A DNA stretch of 64,000 bases from Vicugna vicugna (GCA_013265495.1 MU058463.1:434001-498000); one strand, 5' to 3'. Positions 1 through 12,800 are shown, counted from the stretch's first letter. Program-made: numbers and translations. The notes: generated by a model not told the origin, from the letters alone.

Positions 1-350
1 TATTTCTGACATAGTATTATAACATAATAATATAAATATATCTGATATTATATAGCTGATAAATATTTATTTTCCCATTACATGGGTTGCCTTTATTTTC
101 TTAAAAGTATCCTTTGGATGATAAATATTATTAATTTTGATGACATCAAACTTTTCCTTTCTGCTTGTACTTTTGTTGTTAAATCTAAGAGAATCAATTG
201 CCCAAGCCAATGTCACAAAGCTTTACTCCTATGTTTTCTTCAAAGAGTTTTATAGTTTTAGTTTCTGCATTTAGGCATATGTCCCAATTTTGATTTTTGT
301 ATATGATACAAAGTTGGGTCCAAATATATTCTTCTATATGAGGATACCCT
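1..350 (-). mobile_element. Old L1 (L1M) fragment, ORF2 3' region
   Basis: Antisense L1 ORF2-like text, e.g. 'tttactcctatgttttcttcaaagagttttatagttttag...catttagg'; runs off the window start. Confidence 0.8.
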
Positions 351-369
351 TACCCCAGCTCTATTATAA

Positions 370-2450
370 ACACTGGATATTGGTTGATAATCTTTTTTTT
401 CCAGCATTTTGAATGTCACCTCACTGTATTGTGGCATCTCTGATTTCTCAAATGAAATGAGTCACTTATGACTCATTGTATATGCTGAGTAATTTCTCTA
501 TTGTTGCTTTTCAAAATCTATCTTTGTCTTTCAATAGTTCGATTATGAGTTATATAGGTGTATCTCTTTACATGTATCATACTTCATTTTGTTAAGCTCC
601 TTGGGTATATAAATTAATGTTCTTACTAAAATTGGGGAAGTTTTAAATCATTAATTCTTCAAATATTGCTTCTGACTCTTTATCTCTCGTCTCACTTTCT
701 GAGAATCATATTATTTGCTTTTTCGTATGGCTGGTGGTGTTCCACAGATCTCAGAGGCTCTATTTATTTTTCTCCCTTTTTTTCCTTACTCTTCCTCTGA
801 CTGTATATTTTCAATTGATCTATCTTCAAATTTGCTAATAAATTCTTCTGCTAGCACAAATCTGCAGCTAAGTAACCTCTAGTGAATTTTAAATTTCAGT
901 TATTGTACTTTTCAACTCTAGAATTATATTTGGTTCTTTTAAGTCTTTTTCTAGTAAACCTATCATGTGGGATCCTTCAGGGACAGTGTTTATTGACAAC
1001 TGTTTCCCTGTATATAAGGCATTCCTTCCTTTATCTTTGCAGGTCTGCATGTTTGTTTGCTTTTTTTGTTTTCAAACTGAAAATTTTAGAGAGAATGCCA
1101 TTTGCAGCAACATGAATGGACCTAGAGATTACCATACTAAGTGAAGTCAGATAGAGAAAGATAAATATCATATGATATCGCTTGTATGTGGAATCTGAAA
1201 AAATGATACAAGTGAACTTACTTGAAGAACAGAAACAGACTTATAGACATAGAAAACAAACTTATGGTTATCAAAGGAGAAAGGGGTGGGGGAGGGATAA
1301 ATTAGGAGTATGAGATTTGCAGATATCAAACTACTATATATAAACAACAAGGTACTCCTGTATAGCACAGATAACTATATTCAAGATCTTGTAATAATAT
1401 ATAATGAAAAAGAATATATATATATAACTGAATCACTATTTTGTACATCAGAAACTAACACAACATTGTAAATCAATAATACTTCAATAAACAAAATTTT
1501 AAAATAGATAAATATACTGGACATTTTAAATAATATAATGTGACAAGTATGGTAATCAGATATTTTGCTCAGGGTGTGTTGTCATTGTTTGTAGTTTTTG
1601 ACACTGCTGTTGCTCGTTTGTTGACTTTTCTAAACTAAACTAATTCACTAAAATGTGTATCATTTGTAGTATTTGGCCAGTGAAGCCTCTGCTTCATTAA
1701 CTTAACTGTTATCTGAAGGTCAGACAGAGATATTCTTAGTTTCTTAAAATAAGAAGTCTCCCAGTCTCAACCAAGGAGTTCCTTGTGCACACCATGACAA
1801 TTTACAACCTGCCTTAGTCTTTACCTTCTACTTGTGCAGAGCCTCATCATCAACTGAGATGAGAGATCAGTGTTTTCTTAGATATCTGCAAGGCATGTTC
1901 AGAGCCCTGCTCATAAATAAGCACAGACTTCTAAATTTGCAGGAATACGCTGGATGTTTTCAGAGCACCTTATGGGCATCTCATTTTTCTGCTTTCTCTT
2001 TTAAGTTTTTTGTCCAGCCTCTTGTTTTCCCTAGTTGTTATTCCTATCTCACACAAGTACAATGCTAATTAATTTCTTCCAATTGGTTACAAAAAGTGCT
2101 GCAGGGATATTGCTGCTCACACTGAGTGAGCTCTCAGTTAATACCTATAAGCTTTGTGAGTTAGAATTTCGAAATATTGGCCAGCCAGGTTAAATATGGC
2201 AATTCTCCAGGATTAGAGTTTTGAGGGACTTTCAAACCCATTTTGCCACTGTTGGGTTTCAAGTTTTTATGGCTACCTTAGTAATGAAGCTGATCGTTTT
2301 CAAACCTACTGTAGAACTGAGCAAGGAGGATAGCAATAATACAAGTTAAAACATGACACACTTCACTATTTGTTCTGATATTCAGTCATTTCTCTTGAAC
2401 AAGTACCCTCATATATTGGTAAGCCTTTAGTTAATTATCAGAGTTCTGTC
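370..2450 (-). mobile_element. Old L1 (L1MC/L1MD-like) ORF1 and 5' region, interrupted by a younger L1 3' end
   Basis: Antisense ORF1-type text ('ggtgtcccacagatctcagaggctctatttatttt'-like, 'aaattggggaagttttaaatcattaattcttcaaatatt'); resumes after ~1510. Confidence 0.7.
1092..1505 (+). mobile_element. Cetartiodactyl-type L1 3' end (5'-truncated)
   Basis: 'aatgccatttgcagcaacatgaatggacctagagatt...' through 'cacaacattgtaaatcaataatacttcaataaa' plus A-rich tail; degenerate flanking duplication (aactgaaaatttta / tactggacatttta). Confidence 0.92.
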
Positions 2451-2753
2451 CTTGTAAGAGGTGAAGAAGGCCATAGAAAGATATGGATTCATAGAGAGAA
2501 TGTTATTTGATGATGAAAGCAGAGGCTGGATTGAAGCACTTACAAGCCAAAAAATACCAAGGATTGAAGGTCACCATCAGAAGCTAGGAAAAGGCAAGAA
2601 ATATTCTTGCCTACAGGTTTCAGGATAAAATGGCTCTGCTCACACCTAAATTTCAGACTTCTGGTCTACATAACTGTGAGATAATAAATTTCTTTTGTTT
2701 TAAACCACCTAATTTGTGGCACTTTAAGATGGCAGACTTAGGAAATAAATACA
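2447..2753 (+). mobile_element. MaLR MLT1 LTR, 3' part (MLT1B/C-like)
   Basis: 'cagaagctaggaaaaggcaag...tttcagacttctggtc...aactgtgagataataaatttcttttgttttaaaccacctaatttgtggcacttt...ggaaataaataca' is the typical MLT1 3' end. Confidence 0.88.
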
Positions 2754-2759
2754 ATGATT

Positions 2760-3360
2760 GATGTAATGTGCTTTTCTACGTGTATCACATCTGGAAGTAT
2801 GTACTTTATCAATGCCATTCTACTGGTGATGCTAACTTTTATCACCTAATTTAAGGTACTGTCTGTCATGTTACTTCACTATAAAGTTACTTTTTTTCTT
2901 TTGTAATTAGTAATTATCTTGTAAGAAATACCTTGAGATTATTCAGATGTCCAATTTATCATTCTAGTTTTGCTTACTATGTTTGTATTTATTGATGAAT
3001 CTTGCTTACAACAATTATTATTGTGTTTGACTAAGGTCGACTTATATTTCTACTATTTCTTCTACATTTGTTAGAATTCTACTGCAGAAAACAGCTCTTC
3101 CTTCTCCCCTATGTATTTACTCAACTATTTATTTACATTCGCATGGATTCATTGATATTTATTTTACTTCATGCATTGCACTATACTATTACATGTGTTT
3201 TTTCCCCTCAGATTACTCCAGATTTGGCCACTAGGTGCTCCTTTAAACTGTCTTCTTTGTCTTTCAAATATATTTTAGATCATTTCCTATTTTTGTAGCA
3301 CTGCAAGATGTTCTAATTTCATCTTCTACCTCCCCTGCCTCAGTTCTAGAATCAACCATT
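2760..3360 (-). mobile_element. L1MC4/L1MC5-like 3' UTR fragment
   Basis: 'tactggtgatgctaacttttatcacc...ttcactataaagttact', 'ccagatttggccactagg', 'ctagaatcaaccattt'. Confidence 0.75.
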
Positions 3361-3699
3361 TATTTTTATTAGTGAATTAAAGTGCTTAAAAAACAATTTT
3401 CCCAGGAATTTTGCTTTAATTCCTTTAGATAAAATTCTACCAAGTCCAATGATAAGATACAGAAACATAAAAATGTCAGTAAATATGTGCAGTTTAGTAT
3501 TATCTTAAAAACAAAGCCTAAGAAATTGTATTTGATAAATTTTAAATGCTTATAAGAATTCATCCTAGGGGAAAACTTTAGGTAATCCTTGTAGATAGGC
3601 TCTCAGATTGTCAGATGCCTGAGTCATAGAGTACTCAACTGCAGCAATGTTGTCATGAATTAACATGCATCCTCTGCCTACAATATTTTGGGCAATCTT

Positions 3700-3860
3700 T
3701 GAAGGCCTTACATTAATTGTCTTATTTAATCTTCATGACAAGTTTCATTGTTCAGGTAATATATCTTAGGTGCAGAGAGACTGACAACTTGATAATTAGT
3801 CCCACAGCTTGAAATGGTGGGGAAGATTGACCTCAAATGGATTAACTTCAGAGACTGTGT
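3700..3860 (-). mobile_element. MIR SINE remnant
   Basis: 'cttatttaatcttcatgacaa...gcagagaga...cccacagct' resembles a degraded MIR core. Confidence 0.5.
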
Positions 3861-3899
3861 TTCTGAGAATTACCTTTAACATGTTATTTAATAAGCATG

Positions 3900-4580
3900 C
3901 CATTTAGGATGCATTTGACAGCAACCAACAGAAAATATAAAAAATATATACACATCTATGTGTGAGAGTGTATGTGTGTGTGTGTATGTGTGTATTTAAA
4001 CTAGTTTAAATACTCATAAAGCATATCACTCACAAAAATGGAATCCTATGTTAAGCAGTACATCAGTAATATTATCAAGAACCCTGTGTTAACCATTGTC
4101 AGCTTGATCTTTTTTGTTTGTTTATTTTTTTCTTTTCTTTATTTATTTACTTATCCTAATGTTATTTTAATTTTTATTGAAGCACAGTTAGTTACAATGT
4201 GTCAATCTCTGGTATACAGCACACTTTGCAGTCATGCATATACAGACATATATTCATTTTCATATTTTTTACCATTAAAGATTATTACAAGATATTGTCA
4301 GCTTGATCTTCTGATTGGTGTAATGGTGGCTGAAGCACTGTTATCCTTCACATACAAACATACCAATTGATGAGTATGGAGATGGATTATTTCTGTAGTT
4401 ATTAGATTAAAAAAGTCACCACCAATAGCAAAAAAAATACAACAAACAAAAACCAGAAAACACTTCCCAGAGGTCTTCTACCAAGGCCAACTCATGAGTT
4501 TACAGCCCAGTCCTAAGGCAGGGAATGGTGATGGGGCTAATAGTTTAGTGAGTAAATTGGCCAAATGATTTGACATGTAA
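3900..4580 (-). mobile_element. Ancient MaLR (MLT1K/L-like) LTR remnant, interrupted by a TG microsatellite and an L1 3' end
   Basis: 'ttaggatgcatttgacagcaaccaacagaaaa', 'cagtaatattatcaagaaccc', 'cttcccagagg'. Confidence 0.45.
4112..4293 (-). mobile_element. Short camelid/cetartiodactyl L1 3' end with perfect 17-bp TSD
   Basis: attgtcagcttgatctt at 4095-4111 and 4294-4310 flanks a T-rich tail and 'tttttattgaagcacagttagttacaatgtgtcaatctctggtatacagc...ttattacaagatattg'. Confidence 0.92.
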
Positions 4581-5172
4581 TGTACCCTGGGAATTCTACC
4601 AAAAATAATTCTAGAGTTTCAAATTTATTCACCTAGTCCATATTTTAACAAATTATTGCACATATCCTTTCACTGTGAAGCTAGAGAACCTTACCAGCTA
4701 TGGTGAAGTATCTAAAATATTCAGCAACCTCAACAACTATCTGATGGCAGTGAATAATTTGAATAAACACTATTACACACTCAAGTCATATGAAGTTTTT
4801 CTCAATACATGTCATGTTATTGTAACTGTACCAGAAATCTTAACAGGTTCTCTCCACTTCTATCACATGGAGAATATGTAGTCAATGGATTTCATGAAAG
4901 TAGAACTTTGTTGCCATTTATATGGCAACAAAATACATTTCATAGGTTTCAGAAAATCCCCCTTTGAGTAAACACTGACTTCCTGGAAATAATAAGTTAT
5001 CATTATCTTCCTGAGTTGAAGTAAATTATAAAGGTTATTATATATAATTGCTCTATGTAAATTAAAATGTTAATTTTTAAAAATTTATAGATGGCTTCAA
5101 AGGGCTAAAGAACCATTTTCATGCTATACACTAAGCAAATACCTAAAGACCTATCAAGTGGAAACTGCAGTA

Positions 5173-5637
5173 AAGGCATACCTCAGAGATATTGCAGGTT
5201 CAGTTCTAGACCACTGCAATTAAGTGAATATCATCATAAAGGGAGTCACACACATTTCTGATTTCCCAGTGCCTATGAAATTTATGTTTCTACTATACTG
5301 TAGTCTATTAAGTGTGCAATAGATTTACATCTACAAAATGTACATACCTTAATTTAAAAATACTTTATCACTAACAAATGTTAACCATCATCTGAGCCTT
5401 CAGTGAGTCATGATCTTTTTGCATTAGTAGTAGTAATAATGATAACACATAATAAAGAAAAAGTTTGAAATACTGAGAGAATTGTTAAAATGTGACACAA
5501 AGTGAGCAAATATTATGGAAAAAAAATGGCACAGACAGACTTGCTCAATGCAGGGTTGCCACAAATCTTTAATTTGTTAAAGAACACAATATCTGAAAAG
5601 TGCAATAAATTAAGTGCAATAAAACAAGTTATGCCTG
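5173..5637. mobile_element. Internally deleted Tigger1 DNA transposon (Tigger1a_Art-like MITE)
   Basis: Tigger1 termini 'aggcatacctcagagatattgcaggttcagttctagacc' and 'aaacaagttatgcctg', flanked by TA at 5171-5172 and 5638-5639. Confidence 0.92.
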
Positions 5638-6419
5638 TATTTGATTTAGGCAAAAATAACTTACAGATATCAGTCTTGATCTAATAATACTGTAAAGATG
5701 TAAAGCAACTTAAAAAGGAGGAAGGGTGCTTTAGAGAAGATTAAAACATTAATTGCTCTGGTTGGGGGCGAGGGAGAGTGAAGATGGAATAATTTAAGCA
5801 TCTAAAGCACAACAGAATTTCTACCTTGAATAACCACCACCAAAATTCCAAGTATCTTTGATTTTTCTTATGTCTCCATGACAAAATTATCTACATAAAA
5901 TGACAGACTTTAAAAACAGTTTATTAGATATTAATTGAAAAAATCACTTCATACAAGTCAGTATTTCTGGTTCTGGTGATGAAATCATTAGTAAAGTAAG
6001 TGAGTAAATCCTTGATATCAACTAATTAATAATTTTGTCAAATCTAGTTAAAATAAATAAATATAACAGATATTTAGTTATTAAGCTATGAGAAGACAGC
6101 AGGAAGAGTGAATGTGCACAATTAACAACATGGCTATTTTATCTCAAGGGACAAATATAGACTCATATAGAAAATGAAGTTCATCCTTAAAGGTATTAAC
6201 AAAAAATGACTTGGATTTTCCAAAATCAGAAGGACACTGCAAGACTGCAAACAGGGGAAGGAACAATATAAGACATTAATTTTACTGTTTTAGGGATTAA
6301 AAATTGAAAGAAAAGAGTAACAGCAAGGTTTTCAACAAAAAAGATTAACCTTGGAAACATAATCCTGCCTCCAAGAAAAGAAGTAAAGAATAAGAGGTCT
6401 AAGTTATGTACACAAAACA

Positions 6420-7150
6420 AGAGAGTTAAAAATACAACTACCATATGATCCAGTGATTTCACTTCTGGGTATTTATCCAAACAAAACAAAAACACTAGTT
6501 CAGATACATACACACTCATATTCACTCCAGCATTATTTACACTAGCCGAGAAATGTGAGCAACCCTAGTGCCCATTATCAGATGAGTGTATATAAAAGCT
6601 GTGGCATATATATAAAACAGAATATTCTGTGCCATAAAAATTATGAAATTTTTCCATCTGCAACAACATGGATGGACTTTCAGGGTGTTATGATACTAAG
6701 TGAAATAAGTCAAACAGAGAAAGATAAATACTGTATGATTTCACTTAAATATGAAATTTAAAAACAACAAAAACAACAACTAAAAAACATAAATCATGAG
6801 CTCATGGATATAGAGAATGGATTGGCAATTGCCAGTGACAGGGGATGAGGGGAGGGCAAAACGGGTGGAGGTTATCAAAAGGTACAAACTTTCAGTTATA
6901 AAATCAGTCTTGGGGATGCAATGTGCTGTGGGATGACTTTCGTTACTGATACGGTACAGCATACTTGAAAGTTGCTCAGAGAGTAAATCTTATGAATTAC
7001 CATCATAAGATAAAAAAATTAATTATGTAACTATGTACTGTGATGGATGGTAACTAGACTCATTCGGGTCATTTCACAACATATACAGTCACTAGGCTGT
7101 ATACCTGAAACTAATACAATATTATATGTTGATTATATTTCACTTAAAAA
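6420..7150 (+). mobile_element. L1MA9-like L1, ORF2 end plus 3' UTR
   Basis: 'actaccatatgatccagtgatttcacttctgggtatttatcc', 'caacaacatggatggac', 'aaaggtacaaactttcagttataaaat', ending 'attatatttcacttaaaaa'. Confidence 0.9.
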
Positions 7151-7399
7151 ACAGAAGGAAAGAGATTTAAACAGCATAGATTAGTTATCAAATAGATTTA
7201 AGGGTGATATATATTTGAGGGACACATTTTTCATGATTTGCCTCATCCCTTCTACCTACTCCTCCCCTTCCATCCTCTTTTTTTCCTTTCATTTTCCTTT
7301 CCTTCCCTACACTTCTTTTTACATCCCATCCTTCCCCTCTTCCTTCCCTTACTCTCTGTTGTTATATATTTTTCTATTTCTCCCTGCTTTTATTTCTCC

Positions 7400-7880
7400 T
7401 TCTTTAAGAAAACTTAATATATGCTAGGCTTTCAGTAGGATGCTGCTGATGCAGAAATGACCACAACAGACTACATTCCTAGCACCCGTGGATCTTAGAA
7501 TCTATAGAGCAGCCATTATTTCAAAGGCTAATGGAAATGACATGTTGAAATGTGACCGTGTGGACTGGAATCTCTGGAAAAAATCCTGTAACACATCTTA
7601 GCTACTGCTAAAAAGATAGATAGGAGATCATGAAGACTGTAGTTCATGCCAGAAAAAAATACTTTAGGCAATGAGTCAAGTTTGTGCAATGTCTCTGAAG
7701 ATAAGATCTCAATAAAATGATGATCAGCATAATTGGATCACTGAGTTTCAGACAAGTTGTGGAAGGCCAATTAGAAGGAAAGCAAAAAATTACACCAGAG
7801 AATGTAGTAGTAGCCTTATCCTGCAGAATATTGACAATCATGAGTATCCTTTAGTGAGGAATTTAAGACATGGAGAAAGG
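7400..7880 (-). mobile_element. L2 LINE remnant
   Basis: 'atatgctaggc...ggatgctgctgatgcagaaatgacc...ttcctagcacccgtggatcttagaatcta' is a degraded antisense L2 3' region. Confidence 0.55.
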
Positions 7881-8739
7881 TATTATTATTCCTAAATTAT
7901 AAGTAACATTCTTCAAATAGTGTGAATTTTCTGTTTTAAATAAGTTTAGAAACTGTAGATGAAAGCCATTTATCTCTAAGAGGCTAGCTGACTATATTGT
8001 AAAGAAAGTATCTCAGGTTTGCCTTATTAATAAGCTCCACTGTGTTGGCACATTTTTCAAGCCAGATCATGTGGCCAGATTCCAAGATTTCTGTTGACAT
8101 TAAATTGAAAATGGAGCTCTCTTTCTTTTGGCTTGCAACAAGTAGGAATTCCTCAGATTCATTTTATATTCCTGTAATGCGAGTCAATCTGAAAATGCAG
8201 TCTGCCCAGCCAGTTCCAATATAAGCACATGAGAGAATAGAACAAGCAATTCCTAAAGTTGATTCTATGTAATTTTATGATTTCAGTTACATGGACCAAA
8301 AATATTCCTGTTATTTTCTTCAAGCCAGTGATAAATGTGTCTTTTCACTTGCAAATGAAAATAATGGTCAACGAAGAAATGCTTCAAAATGTCAGACTCT
8401 GGAATATACATCCAATAATAGAAAAGGAATAAATAATTTTAAGTGTGGTTAATAATCTGTTGTACAGATTGTAGACTTGCAATATTTAAAGAACCCAAGA
8501 CTTAGTGATTATTTAAATCTGTACTCATTACATTAGATTTTCTATTTATTATAAATAGTATTGTATTTTCCAGATACTATAATATATTTTATTTCTATTA
8601 TTAATAGGTTCTATCTCACAGTAACATTCCATGCATAAACTACCCCAAAGACTCATGGAACTCTATGATTAGACTAAAGAAATACTCTCTTGAAAAGTTT
8701 TAATACTGTTGTACTTTTGTCCTTTCTAAACTTCAAACG

Positions 8740-8740
8740 T

Positions 8741-8777
<37 letters not shown>

Positions 8778-8820
8778 ATGTATATATATACATATAATAT
8801 ATATACACACATATATACAT
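8740..8820. repeat. Compound (TA)n(TG)n microsatellite
   Basis: Seen directly. Confidence 0.95.
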
Positions 8821-8867
8821 GGCAACAAACAGATGTAATTAATTATATGTGAGTTTATATATAGTAT

Positions 8868-9307
8868 TGTCAACTGAAACAAATGTGCAGCCTAAAAGTT
8901 AAGAGTTATGTTTTATTTGGCGGGAGCACTCCAGCCGGGATGACAGCCTCTCAGATCGCTCTGAGGGACTGCTCCCAAGAGGTAGGGGAGGAGGTAGTTG
9001 GAACAATGAAAGATTGCTTGTTATCTAAAGAAAGCAAGGCATCTCAAGTTAAAGAATTTAGTGCTTTTCTGTGTATGGGAGGAAGCAAACATTTGGGCTC
9101 ACTGAATTCATTCCTTTGACAAGCACCTAGCTATCTAGGGCCAGTATCCTGTCCTTTCTTATTCTGAGTCCGCTCAGAGGGCACCGTTGTGAGTGGCTGC
9201 AGAGGCTGGGCTGCAGGCCTTTCCTCACTGGGGGGTGGTGGCAGCTGCTGATGACTTGGTTTCATCATTCTTTGTTTACTGATATGGTTGCAGTACTTTC
9301 GTTCACA
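8868..9307 (-). mobile_element. Solo ERV1-class LTR, MER41-like (cetartiodactyl MER41 group)
   Basis: TG...CA termini; 4-bp TSD gtat (8864-8867 and 9308-9311); minus-strand AATAAA at 8912-8917; end 'tgtcaactgaaac...cctaaaagttaagagttatgttttattt' resembles recalled artiodactyl MER41 LTRs. Confidence 0.85.
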
Positions 9308-9599
9308 GTATACAAATACAATATGTGCTATGCTTAATCCTTAAAAAACAAGAACCTAAGTTTTATTGATCTGCTTTGGAGGAACTTTGCGTTGTTTAAT
9401 AGGCTGGGTTCTACTTTAGCGCCTTCATTTTAGATATAACCAAACTGAAATTTGAAACTCAGAAATAAATAAAAAATGATTTATTCATTTAACAAAACAT
9501 ACTGAGTAACACTCAAGAAAAACACTTTTATATTTCTTGAAATTATGAAATATAATGCTTTCTCTAGCTCAGACTTCCCAAAGTACTACATCCTTTAAC

Positions 9600-9690
9600 A
9601 GTTGCTTCAGTGACAGTCTGCTGATGAAAAGCTTTATTTAGTTTTGATGTATGAAAATGTCTTATTAAGCTTCATATTTGAAAGATATGG
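9600..9690 (-). mobile_element. Old L1 fragment (ORF1 end)
   Basis: 'gtctgctgatgaaaagctttatttagtttt...gaaaatgtcttattaagcttcatatttgaaagata'. Confidence 0.55.
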
Positions 9691-11049
9691 ATGCATAAAA
9701 TACCTAATAACCACTGATTAAGGAGCATTTTAAGATTCAAACAAAATAATTGTTTATTTGCAGTGACTAGAAACAAATTGTTTTAGATTTATTTTACATT
9801 GTATTGATTTGTCGGAATTACTTAAACATTTTAATTAAATCTCTATTGTTTATATGATGCAAACATTTTCTCTCATTTTAGGACTTTTTCCACTTTTTGT
9901 AATTGCATATTATGATGAAAAGAGGTCATTACTAATATAAGAATTATAATTTTTCTTTGTATTGCACATTTTGATTTAATTTTTTCCTGCTGAACTATCA
10001 GCCCTATGCCTATCTCTTTCCCCAGATCTCCCTTTTAAAACAAAGTGACAAACCAAAGACAAGTTTATCACTGGTAAGGCAGGCATCTAATTACCCAAAT
10101 GTCTAAATAATTTGTCCATCCTTCAACTAGTTCTGAACTTGAGTGAGGAGAATGGTTACTTATTAATTCCTACATATCTCAACTTGATTCCATCTTGCTT
10201 TTTGCCTCTGTTAATATTATATTTTTCTTAAAGTTATATCATATAATATATACAGTTATTCATCTATTCCTTTCTAGTTAATAATTTGATGTCAGTGCAT
10301 TTCACTTTATTCCATGTCCGTACATACTCTTCTAATTCATTCTTTTTAAAGTCAGCATAAGTCTTTCTATGAAAGATTCATGATTTCATGAACCTGCCTC
10401 TCTAAAACATAAGACAATAATAGACAGAGCTGCCTACTCCAGGTACATGTGCCAATTCTGAGTGTTGATTCAGATTTCCAGATTCAAAGCATTATTTTCC
10501 TTCCCGCCAATATCTGCTAATTAATGAGACTCACTAACTCATTTATTTATTTATCTCAGTCCTGTTGGTCCTTAAACATGTTAAGAAAAACAATTTTACT
10601 TTTATACTTGGACTCCAAAAAAATTAACCAACTTAGCATTATCCCACAAATGGGGTTACCCAACATTATCCCACAAAATTTTTAAATTTATCATGTTTAT
10701 TAGAAGCCATCAATCAATAATGAATGAGGTCCACTAACAGGCTCGCCTTCACAAGTAACCTTTAACTTGTAGGTCACTACTGAATTATTTGAAAGATATG
10801 TAATCCAACATCTACCAAGAGATTTCTGAGAACTGATGCATACACACTATAATAGAGAATCCCTATTTTCCTAGGCTGTCTTTGTCATTAGAAAGAGTAC
10901 ATTGCTTTTCTTAGTCATTTTACACAGAAAAGAGAGAATTATCACTCCTTAAGTGCTTTTATTTGTCACATCCCTGCATTTTTCATCTCTTTCTTCTTAG
11001 CTTAGATTCCAGATATGTGTGATTTATCACTTATCACAGCATCCTAATA

Positions 11050-12800
11050 CTTGATGTATTCTTTTACACTTAGAACATGTATCTGTGCAAACCAGAAACC
11101 TTTATAAAACTATTTGCCTTCTCTAACCATGCAGGATTTTGAGCAATGTGTATATGAACTGATTCCATCATGAATTTAGAGACAATGATGATTAATAGTC
11201 ACTGAACAATGCCCTGGATCACTGCAACACTTTCCTAAACTACTCATCTTTCTACAATAGGTTTTGAAATCCCAGTCTCTGCAAAACTTGGCAACTCTTA
11301 TCTTTTTTCTTATTCTCAATAGAGGAAATTGCCTCTTACTACATAATGGAGTAGAAAACATTGGATTGACAGACTGCCCTGTTTAATCTGACAGATGCCT
11401 CTCACTTCACTCCATCATGTACTTTTTCAATTCTTTTATACTGGAGAGGTACTCCACTTTCTACATATTCTTATCGCTTTCACTCACAATCTTATATTGT
11501 ATTTTTTTCTTTTGTTCTGCATTTCCAACCATCAACTCTACTTGTTCTTTCCTATCCAGTCTCTCAGTAGCTTTATGTACAAACATAAACCCTTCTCAAA
11601 TACCATCATACTTTACCAACATTTTCATGTATTCTTTTTCTCTGTTTCCTTTCAAGATACATCAAAAGAACTGTGTATATTTCTATCTACATTTCTTTAT
11701 CTACCACTCACACCTCACTGAAGTCACTTACAGCCTGTGAGCATACTGCATATTTAAACTACCTCTATGTCTTTTACTAATGTCTTGCTATGTCACTCAT
11801 TCTAGGTTCTAATTTTTAATTACGACTTTTTTTGGAGGAAATTTTGATACTGCTAAACAAACTTGTCCTCCTTGAAAGAATCTTACCCCTTCCTTTCTAA
11901 AAACACCACCTCTTGGATTCCCTTTTTATTCACTGGCTGCTCCTCCTCACTCTCCACCCAACTTCTTCCTCTTCTACCAAGCTTTAAATGAGGGAAAGCA
12001 TCAGTGTTGCATTTCAGGTGCTCTTATCTTCATGCTTCCTGGTTGACTTCAACCATTCAAATGCTTTTAATTATACCGATGATTCCCAAAATAAATATTA
12101 TATCCATGGTCACTCCTCCTAAGTTTCAGAAAGATGCAAGTGTCTAAAAGATACTTTCACTTTTACTCCTCTTAGGCACATCAAATCGACAACACTAAAT
12201 TGAGGTCAAAATTAATCTTCATAACATCCAAAACAACCTGCTTTTTCACTGTTCTTCTATTATAAATAACATTACCTTTCAAGTTGATCAAGTCAAAAAT
12301 CTGAAACCATGTACTGCCTTGTATCTATATTCCTCATATTTGACCTATCACTACATCCACAGATAATCTATTTTAATTATCTGCTCTTTATCCTTCTTTA
12401 CCTTTATATTAGCTACTCTCTCACTGTCTTTGGACATTTTTGCTTCAGCTTAGTATTCCTTTAACACTTAGTATTTTCATTATATAGTCTTCTTTAAGCA
12501 ATTAGTATATACAGAGGTTCTTCTGTCTTACGTCAATTCATCTGATAAATTCTTGCTCACTGCAGATCTCAGATCAACCATTTCTACAAGAAGCCCTTCT
12601 AGGTTAGATTAGATACCCAAGACATAACTTCTAGAATACCATCTGCTTTTTAAAATAATATTCATAACATTCCCAACATTACTGATGTTTTTACTTTATC
12701 TCTCAAATAATGTTCCATAATTACAGAATCTGTTTATGCACTATTATATTGTCCATGCAAAAGAGGCCAAAAAAAAAAGAATTCAATAAATATGTGTTAT
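11050..12800 (+). mobile_element. Long L2 LINE remnant
   Basis: Pyrimidine-rich L2 body ('cctccttgaaa', 'ttcactggctgctcctcctca', 'gatgattcccaaaat'), ending at the L2 tail 'attcaataaatatgtgtt'. Confidence 0.75.
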
